Shown: positions 28,897 to 38,776 of the stretch, piece after piece
How positions within the stretch are numbered: position 1 is the first letter of the stretch
Layout of the letters: every line of letters starts with the position of its first letter
The notes under the pieces: model-generated
Database searches by the model: none
What the model saw: only the letters and a program-made list of their open reading frames with translations
Told to the model about the DNA's origin: nothing
Source of the DNA: Pirellulales bacterium
GTDB taxonomy: Bacteria > Planctomycetota > Planctomycetia > Pirellulales > JAEUIK01
Assembly: GCA_019745975.1 (NCBI GenBank)
Contig: JAIESQ010000011.1
Coordinates: forward strand, 8,433 to 72,432
Direction of reading: 5' to 3'
DNA: 64,000 bases
Program-made: the position numbers and the translations under genes

Positions 28897-30188
28897 GGCG
28901 ATGTTCCCGCAGTCATGCCAGAGCGCGGGTTATCGGGCCAGGCTCCCTCGCGGCGCAGCTTGAGTTCGATCGTTTCCAAGAGCTCTCGCGGGAGGTCGGC
29001 CACGGCGGCCGAATAATCGAGATCAAAGCGCGATACCATCAATTCGGGGTAATCGCGCAGTGCCTGACGGCAGATTCGCTGGGCACGGACCGCGGCGAGC
29101 GCTTGGCTCGCGCCGCGCTCGGTCCAAGCGCCGGCACGATCGAGTAAGCCTGCCCGCTGCCCGGCGCGTACGTCGCGCCGGGCCTTGGCAATCGGCATCG
29201 CCTCACTAACAGCTAGAGCGCCGGCGGTGATGACTTGGGCGCCTGGCAGGAGCCCTTGGGTTTTGGCGAGATCGGACGCCTCGTACAGCGCGATCAACAG
29301 GCGCTGTTTGGCGAGTTGCCGCCGTTGCAGCGTTAGCGCGATCCAGCGCGCGACGGCTCCGCGACGCGGCCCCGCGAGCGCCGAGATCAAGAACAGCGCG
29401 GCCCCGACGAGCACGATGAGCGGGCCGGCCGGAAGCCCCGCCACCTGCGCACTAATCAGCGTGCCGATGGCGCCGGTCAGCAGGCCGAACAGCATGGCCA
29501 CCACCAGCAGCCGGTCGAGCCGCGACGTCCAGAATCTCGCGGCTGCCCCCGGCAGGATCAATAGCGCGGCCGTGAGCACGACGCCCACCGCCGGCAAGCT
29601 GATCACCACGCTCACGGCGATGAGCCCCAGCAACAACAGGTCGAGGCTCAGCGTGGGCCAGCCTTGCACGTGTGCGAAGGCCGAGTCGAAGGCCACGAGC
29701 TTGAGTTCTTTGAACAGGATCAGCACGGCGGCGGCGCAGAGCGCGGCCACGGCCGCGATGAAGACGACATCGGCGGCGATCATGCCGGCCGTCTTGCCGA
29801 ACAAATAGGCATCGAGGCCCGCCTTGCTCCCCTCGGTCGTCTCGTTTTGGATGTACCGCAACAACACGACGCCCGCGCCGAAGGCGACGCTCAGCACGAT
29901 GCCAATCGCCGCATCTTCCTTGACGCGCGTAGCGCGGCGCAATAACGCGATGACGATGACCCCGAGCACGCCAGTGGCGAGAGCGCCGGCTTGCATCGCG
30001 GGCAAACTGCGCCGGCCGACCAGCAGAAAGGCCAGACACAAGCCTGGCAAGGCGGCATGCGCCAAGGCGTCTCCCAACAACGAACGCCGTCGCAATACGG
30101 CGAAACTACCCACCAGACCGCCAGCCATGCCGAGCAGGCTCGCGCCTGCCAAGACCACGAGCGTGTTGTAGGCGGGCCAGGCGAACAT
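28893..30188 (-). CDS. Mn/Zn/Fe ABC permease (TroC/MntC-like) with degenerate DtxR-like C-terminal extension
   Basis: GDALAHAALPG, KEDAAIGIVLS; soluble tail WTERGASQALAAVRAQR. Confidence 0.88.
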   Translation of the reverse strand: MFAWPAYNTLVVLAGASLLGMAGGLVGSFAVLRRRSLLGDALAHAALPGLCLAFLLVGRRSLPAMQAGALATGVLGVIVIALLRRATRVKEDAAIGIVLSVAFGAGVVLLRYIQNETTEGSKAGLDAYLFGKTAGMIAADVVFIAAVAALCAAAVLILFKELKLVAFDSAFAHVQGWPTLSLDLLLLGLIAVSVVISLPAVGVVLTAALLILPGAAARFWTSRLDRLLVVAMLFGLLTGAIGTLISAQVAGLPAGPLIVLVGAALFLISALAGPRRGAVARWIALTLQRRQLAKQRLLIALYEASDLAKTQGLLPGAQVITAGALAVSEAMPIAKARRDVRAGQRAGLLDRAGAWTERGASQALAAVRAQRICRQALRDYPELMVSRFDLDYSAAVADLPRELLETIELKLRREGAWPDNPRSGMTAGTSP

Positions 30189-30190
30189 CG

Positions 30191-31027
30191 TCAGCGGCTC
30201 CGCTGCTGTTTTTGCAACGCCTCGGCCGCATCGTCAAGTACCGACAAGCGGCCGCCGTAGGTTTGCTGCAAGTTCTTCGTGGTAAAGACGTCGGCCGTGG
30301 GGCCGGCGGCCACCACTCCCATGTTCAAGAGCACGACGTAATCAAAGTACTTCGGCACGGTGCGCAGATCGTGATGCACGACGAGCACCGCTTTGTGCTG
30401 GCGGCGCAGCTCAGCCAACAGGTCGAAGACCACGCGTTCGGTCGCGGCGTCGACTCCCGCCATGGGCTCGTCCATGAAGTAGATGTCGGCCTGCTGGGCC
30501 AGCGCGCGGGCGAGAAAGACGCGCTGTTGTTGCCCGCCGGAAAGCTGGCCGATTTGCCGCGACGCATAGTCGGCCATGCCGACGTGTGCCAGGCATTCAC
30601 GGGCCGTGTCGCGCTCCCGGCGACCTGGGCGGCGCAGCCAACCCAAGCGGCCGTAGGTGCCCATCAGCACGACATCGAGCACCGTGACGGGAAAATCCCA
30701 ATCGACGCTTTCACGCTGCGGTACATAGCCGATGCGGCGGCGCACCGCGGCAACCTCCTGGCCAAAGATCTGCACGCGACCGCTCGCCAACGGCACCAGC
30801 CCCAGAATGGCCTTGATGAGCGTGCTCTTGCCGGCGCCGTTGGGACCAACAATGCCGACGAGGCGCGGCTCGTCAAGCACCAGGTCGACGTCCCACAACA
30901 CCGGCCGGCGATGATAGGCCACGGTGACATCATGGACGTCGACGACGGGCGGCGCCGCGCGCGCGGTGGTCGCTTCGGCCGGCGCGGTTTCATCAGCGTT
31001 TCGGTCATGCTCGGGTTGCCGCAGCAT
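30191..31027 (-). CDS. Metal ABC transporter ATP-binding protein (TroB/MntB-like)
   Basis: [35 protein letters not shown]. Confidence 0.93.
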   Translation of the reverse strand: MLRQPEHDRNADETAPAEATTARAAPPVVDVHDVTVAYHRRPVLWDVDLVLDEPRLVGIVGPNGAGKSTLIKAILGLVPLASGRVQIFGQEVAAVRRRIGYVPQRESVDWDFPVTVLDVVLMGTYGRLGWLRRPGRRERDTARECLAHVGMADYASRQIGQLSGGQQQRVFLARALAQQADIYFMDEPMAGVDAATERVVFDLLAELRRQHKAVLVVHHDLRTVPKYFDYVVLLNMGVVAAGPTADVFTTKNLQQTYGGRLSVLDDAAEALQKQQRSR

Positions 31028-31112
31028 AATTCACTCTGGCGGCAGCGCGCCGCGCTAGGGGCAAACGCCAGATCGACAAGCCCGCCCGTTCGCATCAGCG
31101 CCGGGCACGGCC

Positions 31113-32141
31113 CTACTTGAGTGCGTTGACGATGGTGTCGACGTTGTGCCGCACCATTCCAAGGTAGCTCGCGGCATCGGTGCCGGCCGCGCCGGGCGCG
31201 TCTGAAAACAATTCGCCGCCGATCCGCACCGCCTGACCGCGGGCGTCCGCCCCTTCGACCAGCGCGCGCACGTTTCGCTCATTGACGCTGGCCTCGACAA
31301 ACACGGCTTTTACTTTTCTCGCCACCAGAAAGTCGACGAGTTGATTGATCTCGCGGACACCCGCCTCGCTCTCGGTGCTGATGCCTTGAATCGCCCGCAC
31401 CTCGAGGCCGTAGGCCCGGCCAAAGTAATGAAACGCATCGTGCGCCGTGACGAGGATACGCGCGTTGGGGGGCAAGGTCTCGACGCGAGATCGGCACCAG
31501 GCATCGAGCGCGTCGAATTGGGCTGCATAGGCCGTCGCCCTTTGGCGGTAGTCTTCAGCGTGCGGAGGGTCGAAACGAGCGAGCGCCTCGGCCAGTGGCA
31601 TTACCGTTTCGCGCCACAACGCCACGTCGAACCAGACGTGTGGATCGACGGCGCCGCCGCTTGCCCGCAGCAGGCGATCGGGCGCAATGACCTCCGCCAC
31701 GCCAATCGTGGGTTTGCGGCATGCCATCCGCTCAAAGAGGTCAGCCAGCTTGCCTTCCAGATGCAAGCCGGAAAAGACGACCATATCGGCATTGGTTAGC
31801 GCGTCGACATCACCGGGCGATGCCTTGTACAAGTGCGGGTCGATGCCAGGACCCATCAGTTGCACAACTTTGACGTGAGCGCCGCCGACCGCACGGACTA
31901 GGTCCGCCACCATGCCCGTGGTGCAGACCACGCGAATCGGCCCGCGACCAGAATAAACTGCGGTTGGCCCCTGAAGCGCTGGTGTCTGAGAGCCGACATC
32001 GCAACCCGACACTGTCGCCAGGGCCAGGGCGAGTGGGAAAAACCAACACCAAGGGTGAGCTTTACGACAGTCCACGCGAATGTTTGAAGGTCCGGAAGCA
32101 GGGTTTTGATTGCTCAAAATTCTACGTCGATTCCCAAGCAA
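31113..32141 (-). CDS. Metal ABC transporter substrate-binding lipoprotein (TroA/MntA-like)
   Basis: Lipobox VSGC, DPHLY, DPHVW, HDAF, SD metal ligands; start uncertain. Confidence 0.92.
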   Translation of the reverse strand: MLGNRRRILSNQNPASGPSNIRVDCRKAHPWCWFFPLALALATVSGCDVGSQTPALQGPTAVYSGRGPIRVVCTTGMVADLVRAVGGAHVKVVQLMGPGIDPHLYKASPGDVDALTNADMVVFSGLHLEGKLADLFERMACRKPTIGVAEVIAPDRLLRASGGAVDPHVWFDVALWRETVMPLAEALARFDPPHAEDYRQRATAYAAQFDALDAWCRSRVETLPPNARILVTAHDAFHYFGRAYGLEVRAIQGISTESEAGVREINQLVDFLVARKVKAVFVEASVNERNVRALVEGADARGQAVRIGGELFSDAPGAAGTDAASYLGMVRHNVDTIVNALK

Positions 32142-32700
32142 TCGTCAATGGCGGGCCGATTGGTCGGCGTAGACCAGCGAACCGTGGCGGCCAGACGATT
32201 GGCAGCGCGCCACGACGCATGCCCAAGCCGCTGCGCCACGACCGGCCGTCGCGCGGCGAACGTCTCATGATCCTTCGATCGCTGCGAACGCCAGGCGCGC
32301 GCCGGGCGCAGGTAGCTGGCGGTGATCCCGTTCTGCAGTGGTTACCCGAGCCGTGGCCGATTCCAAGCAAGAACATCGCGAATAGCCCAAGCGTAGGCTC
32401 ACGCCGGCCGTCGAACTGGGGTTTCGCCGACTCTCGACACTACACCCCTCGCCAGCGGGGGTTTTCTGTCTTTACTGTGAATATTTTCTTTACAGCGGTC
32501 GGGGCTTCATTTATCGTTGCAGCCGACGAGACCACCCCAGACGCCAATTGGCCGTTTGGGTTCGTTGCAGGTGCCGGCTTCCGGTGCTTGCGCTTACGCC
32601 TTTCGCGAGCGACTGGCAACGCGGCGAGAGTACAGTGGGCATGGGGGAGCTGTAGTCAAAACCGCTTTCCGCCTGTTGATCGGCAACAAAGGAGTCGCTC

Positions 32701-33819
32701 GTGATGTTCAAACCAGTTCGTGTTCTACTACTGACGCGTTTCTATGCGCGCGTCGTGGCCGCCTGCCTGGCAGGCGCGGTCGCACTTTCGACCAGCCAGG
32801 TTGGCGCGGTCGGGCTTACTTTCACGCTCAACCAAAGTCAGAGCAACCTCTCGCTCGACATCAAGAATGCACAGTTGTTCGGGCTCAATTTGAGCCTGTC
32901 GGAGCAAGCGACCGGCAGCTTGAAATCGAGCTACACCGGCACGATCGCTACCGATATCAACGGCAGCAGCATCGATTTTCCGGGGGGTAGCGCGGCTGAC
33001 GCGAGCATCTTGACGAGTGGTATTTTCAAGCTGCCCGTCAACATGCTGCCGGGTGTCGGCGGCACAGGTGCTGCGGCCCCGGCCGATTACGGGTTCAAGC
33101 TCTCGGCTCCGATCGGCACGAGTATTCCGCCGATCGACTTGACGTTTCTGAACATTCCGGGAGTGACGACACTCAACCTCGGCACGTTTAACTCAATTGA
33201 CCTGAATACGTCGTTGCGAAATGTAATTCTCGACGTCACCTCGAACACGCCGATTCCCCGCACCGGGGTGCCATCGCTAACCACCTTCGACGCCTCGCAG
33301 ACGTCGATTGTCATGTCGGGCAATGCCGACGTGAGCCTGGCAGCCGTGCTGACCGCCGGAGACTTTCTGTCGTACTCCGTCAATGGGCTCGCCCTGTCGA
33401 GCTTGGCGAGCTTGATCAACGCCCAGGTTCCTGGATTGCTCAGCGTCAATTACAACCCGTTGGCGATCTTTGGACCCTACAACATCAGCGTTGGGCTGGG
33501 TACGAGCGTTCCCATCAGCGGGCTGGCGGTGCCTAACGAGGACGTCACCAAGCTGGGCTCGCTACAAGTGGTGGGCACACAATACCGCTTGACTATGCCG
33601 ATCAGTTTCAATGCGATCCCCGATTTCAGCTCGCTGGGGGCAGCTTCTGCGGCGCTAAGCTTCTTGCTCCCCTTGCACCTTGGCTTTAGCGGTCAGCTTG
33701 TGGGCGTGGCGCCGAAGATCGCCGTGCCCGAGCCGGGGAGCGTCGTGCTACTGGTGATTGGCCTGGTGAGCTTGGCGCTGGTGGGTATCAATCGCCGCCG
33801 CGCCGGGCGTGCCACGTAA
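32701..33819 (+). CDS. PEP-CTERM sorting-domain surface protein
   Basis: Signal peptide; C-terminal VPEPGS-TM-RRR. Confidence 0.9.
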   Translation: MMFKPVRVLLLTRFYARVVAACLAGAVALSTSQVGAVGLTFTLNQSQSNLSLDIKNAQLFGLNLSLSEQATGSLKSSYTGTIATDINGSSIDFPGGSAADASILTSGIFKLPVNMLPGVGGTGAAAPADYGFKLSAPIGTSIPPIDLTFLNIPGVTTLNLGTFNSIDLNTSLRNVILDVTSNTPIPRTGVPSLTTFDASQTSIVMSGNADVSLAAVLTAGDFLSYSVNGLALSSLASLINAQVPGLLSVNYNPLAIFGPYNISVGLGTSVPISGLAVPNEDVTKLGSLQVVGTQYRLTMPISFNAIPDFSSLGAASAALSFLLPLHLGFSGQLVGVAPKIAVPEPGSVVLLVIGLVSLALVGINRRRAGRAT

Positions 33820-33921
33820 GCCTGCGTCGTACGGCGAAACGAACCTTGTATTTCGGGCCGTCGGATCATTCGATCCGGCGGCCCATTTTCGTTGAGAATC
33901 ATGGTTCGCGAGCCAGCCGCC

Positions 33922-35220
33922 TCAAATCACGCGGCAGATGAAGCACTTCAGGTATTCGGTCTCCAGGCAGGTGACCGCCACGGGATGGTCGGGCGCGGCG
34001 CCGCGCTGCTCGAGGATCTGCAGATCGCGCCCGGTCTGCTGAGCCACGCCCACGAGCATGTACATAAAATCCTCGCGCGACACGGCGCCCGAACAACTGC
34101 AGGTCAGCAAGATGCCGCCCGGTTCCAGCAGATTGACCGCCTGACGATTGAGCCGATGGTAGGCGCGCAGGGCGTCGTCGAGCGTGGCGCGATTGCGGGC
34201 AAATTTGGGGGGATCGAGCACGATCGCGCCAAATTTCTCGCGGGCAATCACCAGTTCGTCGAGGGCCTCGAAGCCGTCGCGCTCGACGAAGCGAATTCCT
34301 GGCTCGGCGTTGAGCTGCGCGTTGGCGCGGGCCAAGGCGATCGCGCGAGGACTAGCGTCGATGGCCAACACCTCTGAGGCACCACCCCAGCGACGCGCGT
34401 TCAGGCTAAAACCCCCGCTATAACAAAACAGGTCGAGCACGCGGGCGCCCGCCGTATAGGCGGCCAGGGCGCGGCGGTTCTCGCGCTGATCGAGATAGAA
34501 GCCGGTCTTCTGCCCGACCGCCAGATCGACCCCGTAACGGAGCCCGTGCTCGGTGATGAAGACCGGCCCACCGGGGTCATTCCCCCAGGCCAGGCCGTCG
34601 ATCAACTCGAGGCCCTCGGCCTGGCTGACTCCTTTCTCGGTGCGAAGAAAAATCCCGCGCGATTGCAGCAACTCGACCAGTAGCGGCACCAGGTTCGGCA
34701 GCCGCGCCCGCATTGCCAGGCTGGTGACCTGAATGGAGAGATAATCGGCGTAGCGATCGACAATCAAGCCGCTGAGGCCGTCGGCCTCGCTAAAGACGAG
34801 CCGTGCGCCGCCGGCAGGGTCGTCGAAACCTAGCGTTCGTCGCAGGGCGATGGCGTTTTCCAGACGACTTCGCCAAAACTGGTCATCGAGAGGCTCCGGC
34901 CGCCAACTGTACAGGCGCACGCGAATGCGGCTGCGCGAGTTATAAACCCCACGCGCGATGAATTTGCCGGTATCGGAGAGCAGATCGACGACGTCGCCAT
35001 CGAGGGGTTGCCCCTCGACAGCAGCGATCGCTGTTTCGAGCACCCACGGGTGGCGGCCAAAAAAAGGGCGTGACTTCCTTGGCTTGAGCCGCACCAGGCC
35101 GGCCGACTGATCCGTGACCGTACGATCCCAGGCGATCGTTGCCTGGCGTGAAGCGGGTTCGGAGACGGCCGTAGCCGCTGGTAATCGCTCATCGACGTCG
35201 CCGTCGCGCGGATTTGTCAT
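33922..35220 (-). CDS. rlmI: RlmI-family 23S rRNA methyltransferase
   Basis: HPWV PUA domain, SEADGLSGLIVDRY, GQKTGFYLDQR, LDPPKF, TCSCS. Confidence 0.85.
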   Translation of the reverse strand: MTNPRDGDVDERLPAATAVSEPASRQATIAWDRTVTDQSAGLVRLKPRKSRPFFGRHPWVLETAIAAVEGQPLDGDVVDLLSDTGKFIARGVYNSRSRIRVRLYSWRPEPLDDQFWRSRLENAIALRRTLGFDDPAGGARLVFSEADGLSGLIVDRYADYLSIQVTSLAMRARLPNLVPLLVELLQSRGIFLRTEKGVSQAEGLELIDGLAWGNDPGGPVFITEHGLRYGVDLAVGQKTGFYLDQRENRRALAAYTAGARVLDLFCYSGGFSLNARRWGGASEVLAIDASPRAIALARANAQLNAEPGIRFVERDGFEALDELVIAREKFGAIVLDPPKFARNRATLDDALRAYHRLNRQAVNLLEPGGILLTCSCSGAVSREDFMYMLVGVAQQTGRDLQILEQRGAAPDHPVAVTCLETEYLKCFICRVI

Positions 35221-35326
35221 AATCCTGTTGATAGTTCATCACACGACGACTGAAAAGGGTGTCGTGGTCGCCGTGAGTCACAATCACAGCGCGAATTCTC
35301 AAAGTCGCAAAGCTGGGAATCCGCCT

Positions 35327-36346
35327 TTACCGCGCGGCTGATTCGCCGGCGGCCGCCCGCCGCAACCGATCGTGGACCGCCTGCCAGGCGGGCAGGTCGG
35401 GGGGGGCATCGGCGACGATGCTGGTCGCGCCGGCCTCTTCCAGGTCGTGCAAAGTGGCATACAAAAGCGAGGCATACTCGACCGGATCATCCGGCATCAT
35501 AATCGTCCGCACGTTTGGCCTGTTGATGCTGGCAGCGGACCCCAAGGCAAGCCAGCCCACGAGCGGCTCAGTCTCGCATTTTCGTTCGACGAACTCGTGC
35601 GACTGTCCTTGGCAGAGCGTCAGTGGCACGCTGGGGGCGTAGTGGCGCTGGTGTTGTCCTGGCGACCGCGCGACCTCGCCATCGCGGAGCCGCGGGCCGA
35701 GCAGTACCGGCTCGCCTAAGAGCGCCTCGATTTCGCAAAGTGGTACTAACCCGGGCCGCAACAGCATCGGGCTTTCTTGCGACAGATCAAGCACGGTCGA
35801 TTCGAGGCCACCGGTGGTTGGTCCCGCGTCGAGCACCATTTCGATGCGACCGGCAAGCTGTTTGAGCACGTGCTGGGCCGTCGTCGGCGAAAGCCGCTGA
35901 GAGCGATTCGCGCTGGGGGCCGCAATTGGGGCCCGCACCGCGCGCACGAGCGCTAAGGCCACCTCATGACTCGGCACGCGTACCGCGACCGTTGATCCGC
36001 CCGCGGTAACCGCGTCGGGAACGACATCGCGGCGCGGCAGAACGAGTGTCAGCGGGCCTGGCCAGAAGCGCTGGGCGAGCTGTTGCGCGGCTGCCGGCCA
36101 TTCGGCCACGAGCTCGCGCGCCATGGCGATATCGGCGACGTGCACGATGATGGGGTTGGTCGCCGGCCGCCCCTTCGCGGCAAAAATACGCGCGACGGCC
36201 CCGCGATCCAGGGCCAAGCCACCGAGTCCATAGACCGTCTCGGTCGCAAAGGCGACGAGGCCCCCACGGCGGAGCACGGCGGCTGCCCTTGTGATTGCTG
36301 CTTCGTCGGGGGCGTCAGGGCCCACGCTGACCAACTCAGTGTGCAT
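35327..36346 (-). CDS. sua5: L-threonylcarbamoyladenylate synthase Sua5/TsaC
   Basis: TETVYGL, KGRP..NP, WPGPLT, APSAN, SPG...HYAP. Confidence 0.93.
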   Translation of the reverse strand: MHTELVSVGPDAPDEAAITRAAAVLRRGGLVAFATETVYGLGGLALDRGAVARIFAAKGRPATNPIIVHVADIAMARELVAEWPAAAQQLAQRFWPGPLTLVLPRRDVVPDAVTAGGSTVAVRVPSHEVALALVRAVRAPIAAPSANRSQRLSPTTAQHVLKQLAGRIEMVLDAGPTTGGLESTVLDLSQESPMLLRPGLVPLCEIEALLGEPVLLGPRLRDGEVARSPGQHQRHYAPSVPLTLCQGQSHEFVERKCETEPLVGWLALGSAASINRPNVRTIMMPDDPVEYASLLYATLHDLEEAGATSIVADAPPDLPAWQAVHDRLRRAAAGESAAR

Positions 36347-36722
36347 GGTGCGACTTTGTGAGCGTCGGTTCAGCCCGATTTGAAGGTCCAAGGATGGCGT
36401 CCGCAGCGGCAGGGCGACCAGGCAGGCAAAACAAAAAACGGAGATTGCACGTCGCGACGAACCCTCTGCCCGAATCCACAGCGACGACTGCCTAACAACC
36501 TTGCAAGCAATGCCGTTGGGACCATATGAAGGCCGCTGAAGTGAAAGCTCTAAGTCATTAAAGATTTGATAGTTAGGCGACCGGCGAGTAGCCCGGTTTC
36601 CGGGCCAGGCCGGCAGGCGGTCGATCGGGGCATGGAAGTTGCCAAAGTCACCCGGCGACGGGTTCAACGCCGACCGAGGAGCGGTCGAGTTGCACCCACC
36701 AAAACCACCGAGTGACAACGCG

Positions 36723-37652
36723 ATGGCCATCAGATCGATCGTGACCCGTTGCGGCGTAATCGCCGGCATCTCATTGGTGTTGTTCGTCGCGGCTAAGTCA
36801 AGTGTCGGCCAGTCGGTCCCTCGGGCCGCGTCGGCGAGAGTGTCGGCGACCAAGGCACGTGGCGCAACGTGGCAGATCCGCGAGACCGTGAATTTCCGCG
36901 TTTGCTCCGCCGGTGACCGCGAGTCAGCCGAACGGCTGGCTGCCCGCTGCGAGGAGCTGCGGGAGCATCTTTCCGGCGTCTGGCTCAACAAGCGGCCGGT
37001 CGCGGCCTGGAAGGTGCGATGCCAGATTGTCGTCCATGCTACGGACCGCCAGTACGAACGTGCCGTGGGCCGCGGAGCGGAGTCGACCGTCGGATCGGCA
37101 CTGATCGAAACCGAAGCCAGCAAGATCGTCACGCGCAAGATCGACCTGCGGCCGGATCGCGGCACCGAGACGCAGACGGCGCTGGCCCACGAGCTGACGC
37201 ATATCATCATCGCCGATCGGATCGATCGCAGCCAACTGCCTCCCTGGGCCGACGAAGGGATCGCCGTGTTGGCCGATTGCCCGGCCAAACAAGCAGCTCA
37301 CTTCGACGACCTGCGCCGCGGACTTGACGGCGACGCCGCATTTCGCATCGGCGAGCTGTTCACCTTGAGCCACTATCCGGCGCCTGAGCGGATGGGGGTT
37401 TTCTACGGACAAAGCGCCTCGCTGGCCAGTTTTCTGGTAGCGCGAGGAACGCCCTGCGAATTCGTGCGGTTTCTTGAGCTCGCCGCCGTCGAAGGTTATG
37501 ACTCCGCGCTGAGCAGCGTCTATAGCATCGGCGACGTCGGTCAACTCGAGCGGCTTTGGAGGAAGAGCCTTAAAGGTCGCGATGCCAACTTTGCGAGGCA
37601 GTTGCCGGGCAAGCTCTGGGAGTTGGCCTTGGCCGATCAGGCCGCAAACTGA
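36723..37652 (+). CDS. Secreted peptidase MA-like (gluzincin) protein
   Basis: Signal peptide; HELTH and PWADEGIA; FYGQS. Confidence 0.75.
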   Translation: MAIRSIVTRCGVIAGISLVLFVAAKSSVGQSVPRAASARVSATKARGATWQIRETVNFRVCSAGDRESAERLAARCEELREHLSGVWLNKRPVAAWKVRCQIVVHATDRQYERAVGRGAESTVGSALIETEASKIVTRKIDLRPDRGTETQTALAHELTHIIIADRIDRSQLPPWADEGIAVLADCPAKQAAHFDDLRRGLDGDAAFRIGELFTLSHYPAPERMGVFYGQSASLASFLVARGTPCEFVRFLELAAVEGYDSALSSVYSIGDVGQLERLWRKSLKGRDANFARQLPGKLWELALADQAAN

Positions 37653-37795
37653 GCAACTACAGGATCCTCGGCTGAGCCAGAAAAAAAGCATCGGGCCGAG
37701 CGCTTCCGCACTGCGAAGCACCCGGCCCGACGAGACGGTGTTTACGCGAGCTCGTGGTCGGTCGCGAGCCATCTCGCGCTTACCGAGCGGCGAAG

Positions 37796-38302
37796 TTATT
37801 CGCCCATGCCGCGAATCTTGCGACCCGCCTGAAACGAGAACCGCTCCCGCGCCATGCCGCGGCTGCTGCTGCGGTAGCCGCCGCTGTAGGCACTACCGCC
37901 TTCGTAGGAGTAGCTGCGGTAGCTGCGCCGCGGCGCCGCGGCGACGCCTCCTTCGGTCGTACTGGGCGTCGGCTTCTTTGTCGGCTTCTTGGCGGTTTGC
38001 GGCTTCTTGGCCGATTTGGGCTTCTTCGCGACTTCGGGCTTCGTGGTGGTGGTGCCGGCGTCGGCCGTGGCGGCCTCGCACGGCGTGGTTGTCGTCACGG
38101 TTTGCTCGGCGACGACGACCGGCGCGACAGCGCGCGGAGCGTACGAATAGCTGCGGTACGAGCGGCGTCCGCCATACAGGTCGAAACCGCCGCGAACCTT
38201 GGACGCGGCGTCGCGCATCTGCGCTTGCGCGCAATCCGCGGCCAACGTCGAAACGACGGCCATCATGGCCACGAACAGGGATGACTTGATTGCAAGTCGC
38301 AT
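37796..38302 (-). CDS. Small secreted low-complexity protein with RRSYRSYSY repeats
   Basis: Signal peptide ending AQA; GGAG RBS; motif present twice. Confidence 0.7.
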   Translation of the reverse strand: MRLAIKSSLFVAMMAVVSTLAADCAQAQMRDAASKVRGGFDLYGGRRSYRSYSYAPRAVAPVVVAEQTVTTTTPCEAATADAGTTTTKPEVAKKPKSAKKPQTAKKPTKKPTPSTTEGGVAAAPRRSYRSYSYEGGSAYSGGYRSSSRGMARERFSFQAGRKIRGMGE

Positions 38303-38776
38303 GGTATGTCTCCGCCTAACGAGTTGGAGAATTTGAATTACGGTCCCTCGTTCTGATCGGAACCATCTGTAACTTAGGACGCGAGTTAGGTGGTCTCTCG
38401 AACGAACGGCGCGCGCGACCGACCGACGCGCTCGGCACGGCCGAGCCCAAAAACTGAAACCTAGCTTCGGTACGATCGGCGTCGAGGGCAGCCCAGGCAG
38501 CATCGAATCGCGCGATTGTAGCGCGTGCACCTCCCAAAAAGCGCGATCAGGATGTGGTGCGAAGTGGCTGGCGCGCCCTGCGGCTACCAGCGAGCTCACA
38601 AGCTGCGGATCGGTTTCGCCCCCCGGCGCGATCCACCTGAATTATAGGAGTGGCGACAGGTACTTGGCGACGAAATCTCGATTAAAACTCAGTAAGCAAG
38701 CCGCGGCCGCGAGAGCAAGCGGCGTGCCGATTGCCGGTGGTCCGAAGTGTGGCCGCCCGCGAAGCTGCCGCGTGCG

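Noticed and set aside
32142-32700. Metal riboswitch or DtxR operator upstream of troA
   Set aside because: No yybP-ykoY or TTAGGTTAGCCTAACCTAA-like consensus recognisable by eye.
36347-37288. N-terminal extension of Sua5 in the 653-aa ORF (same issue for dcd, PaaI, DUF1559, glgC, trmH ORFs)
   Set aside because: Extensions overlap other genes or intergenic DNA; starts were trimmed to the conserved domain.
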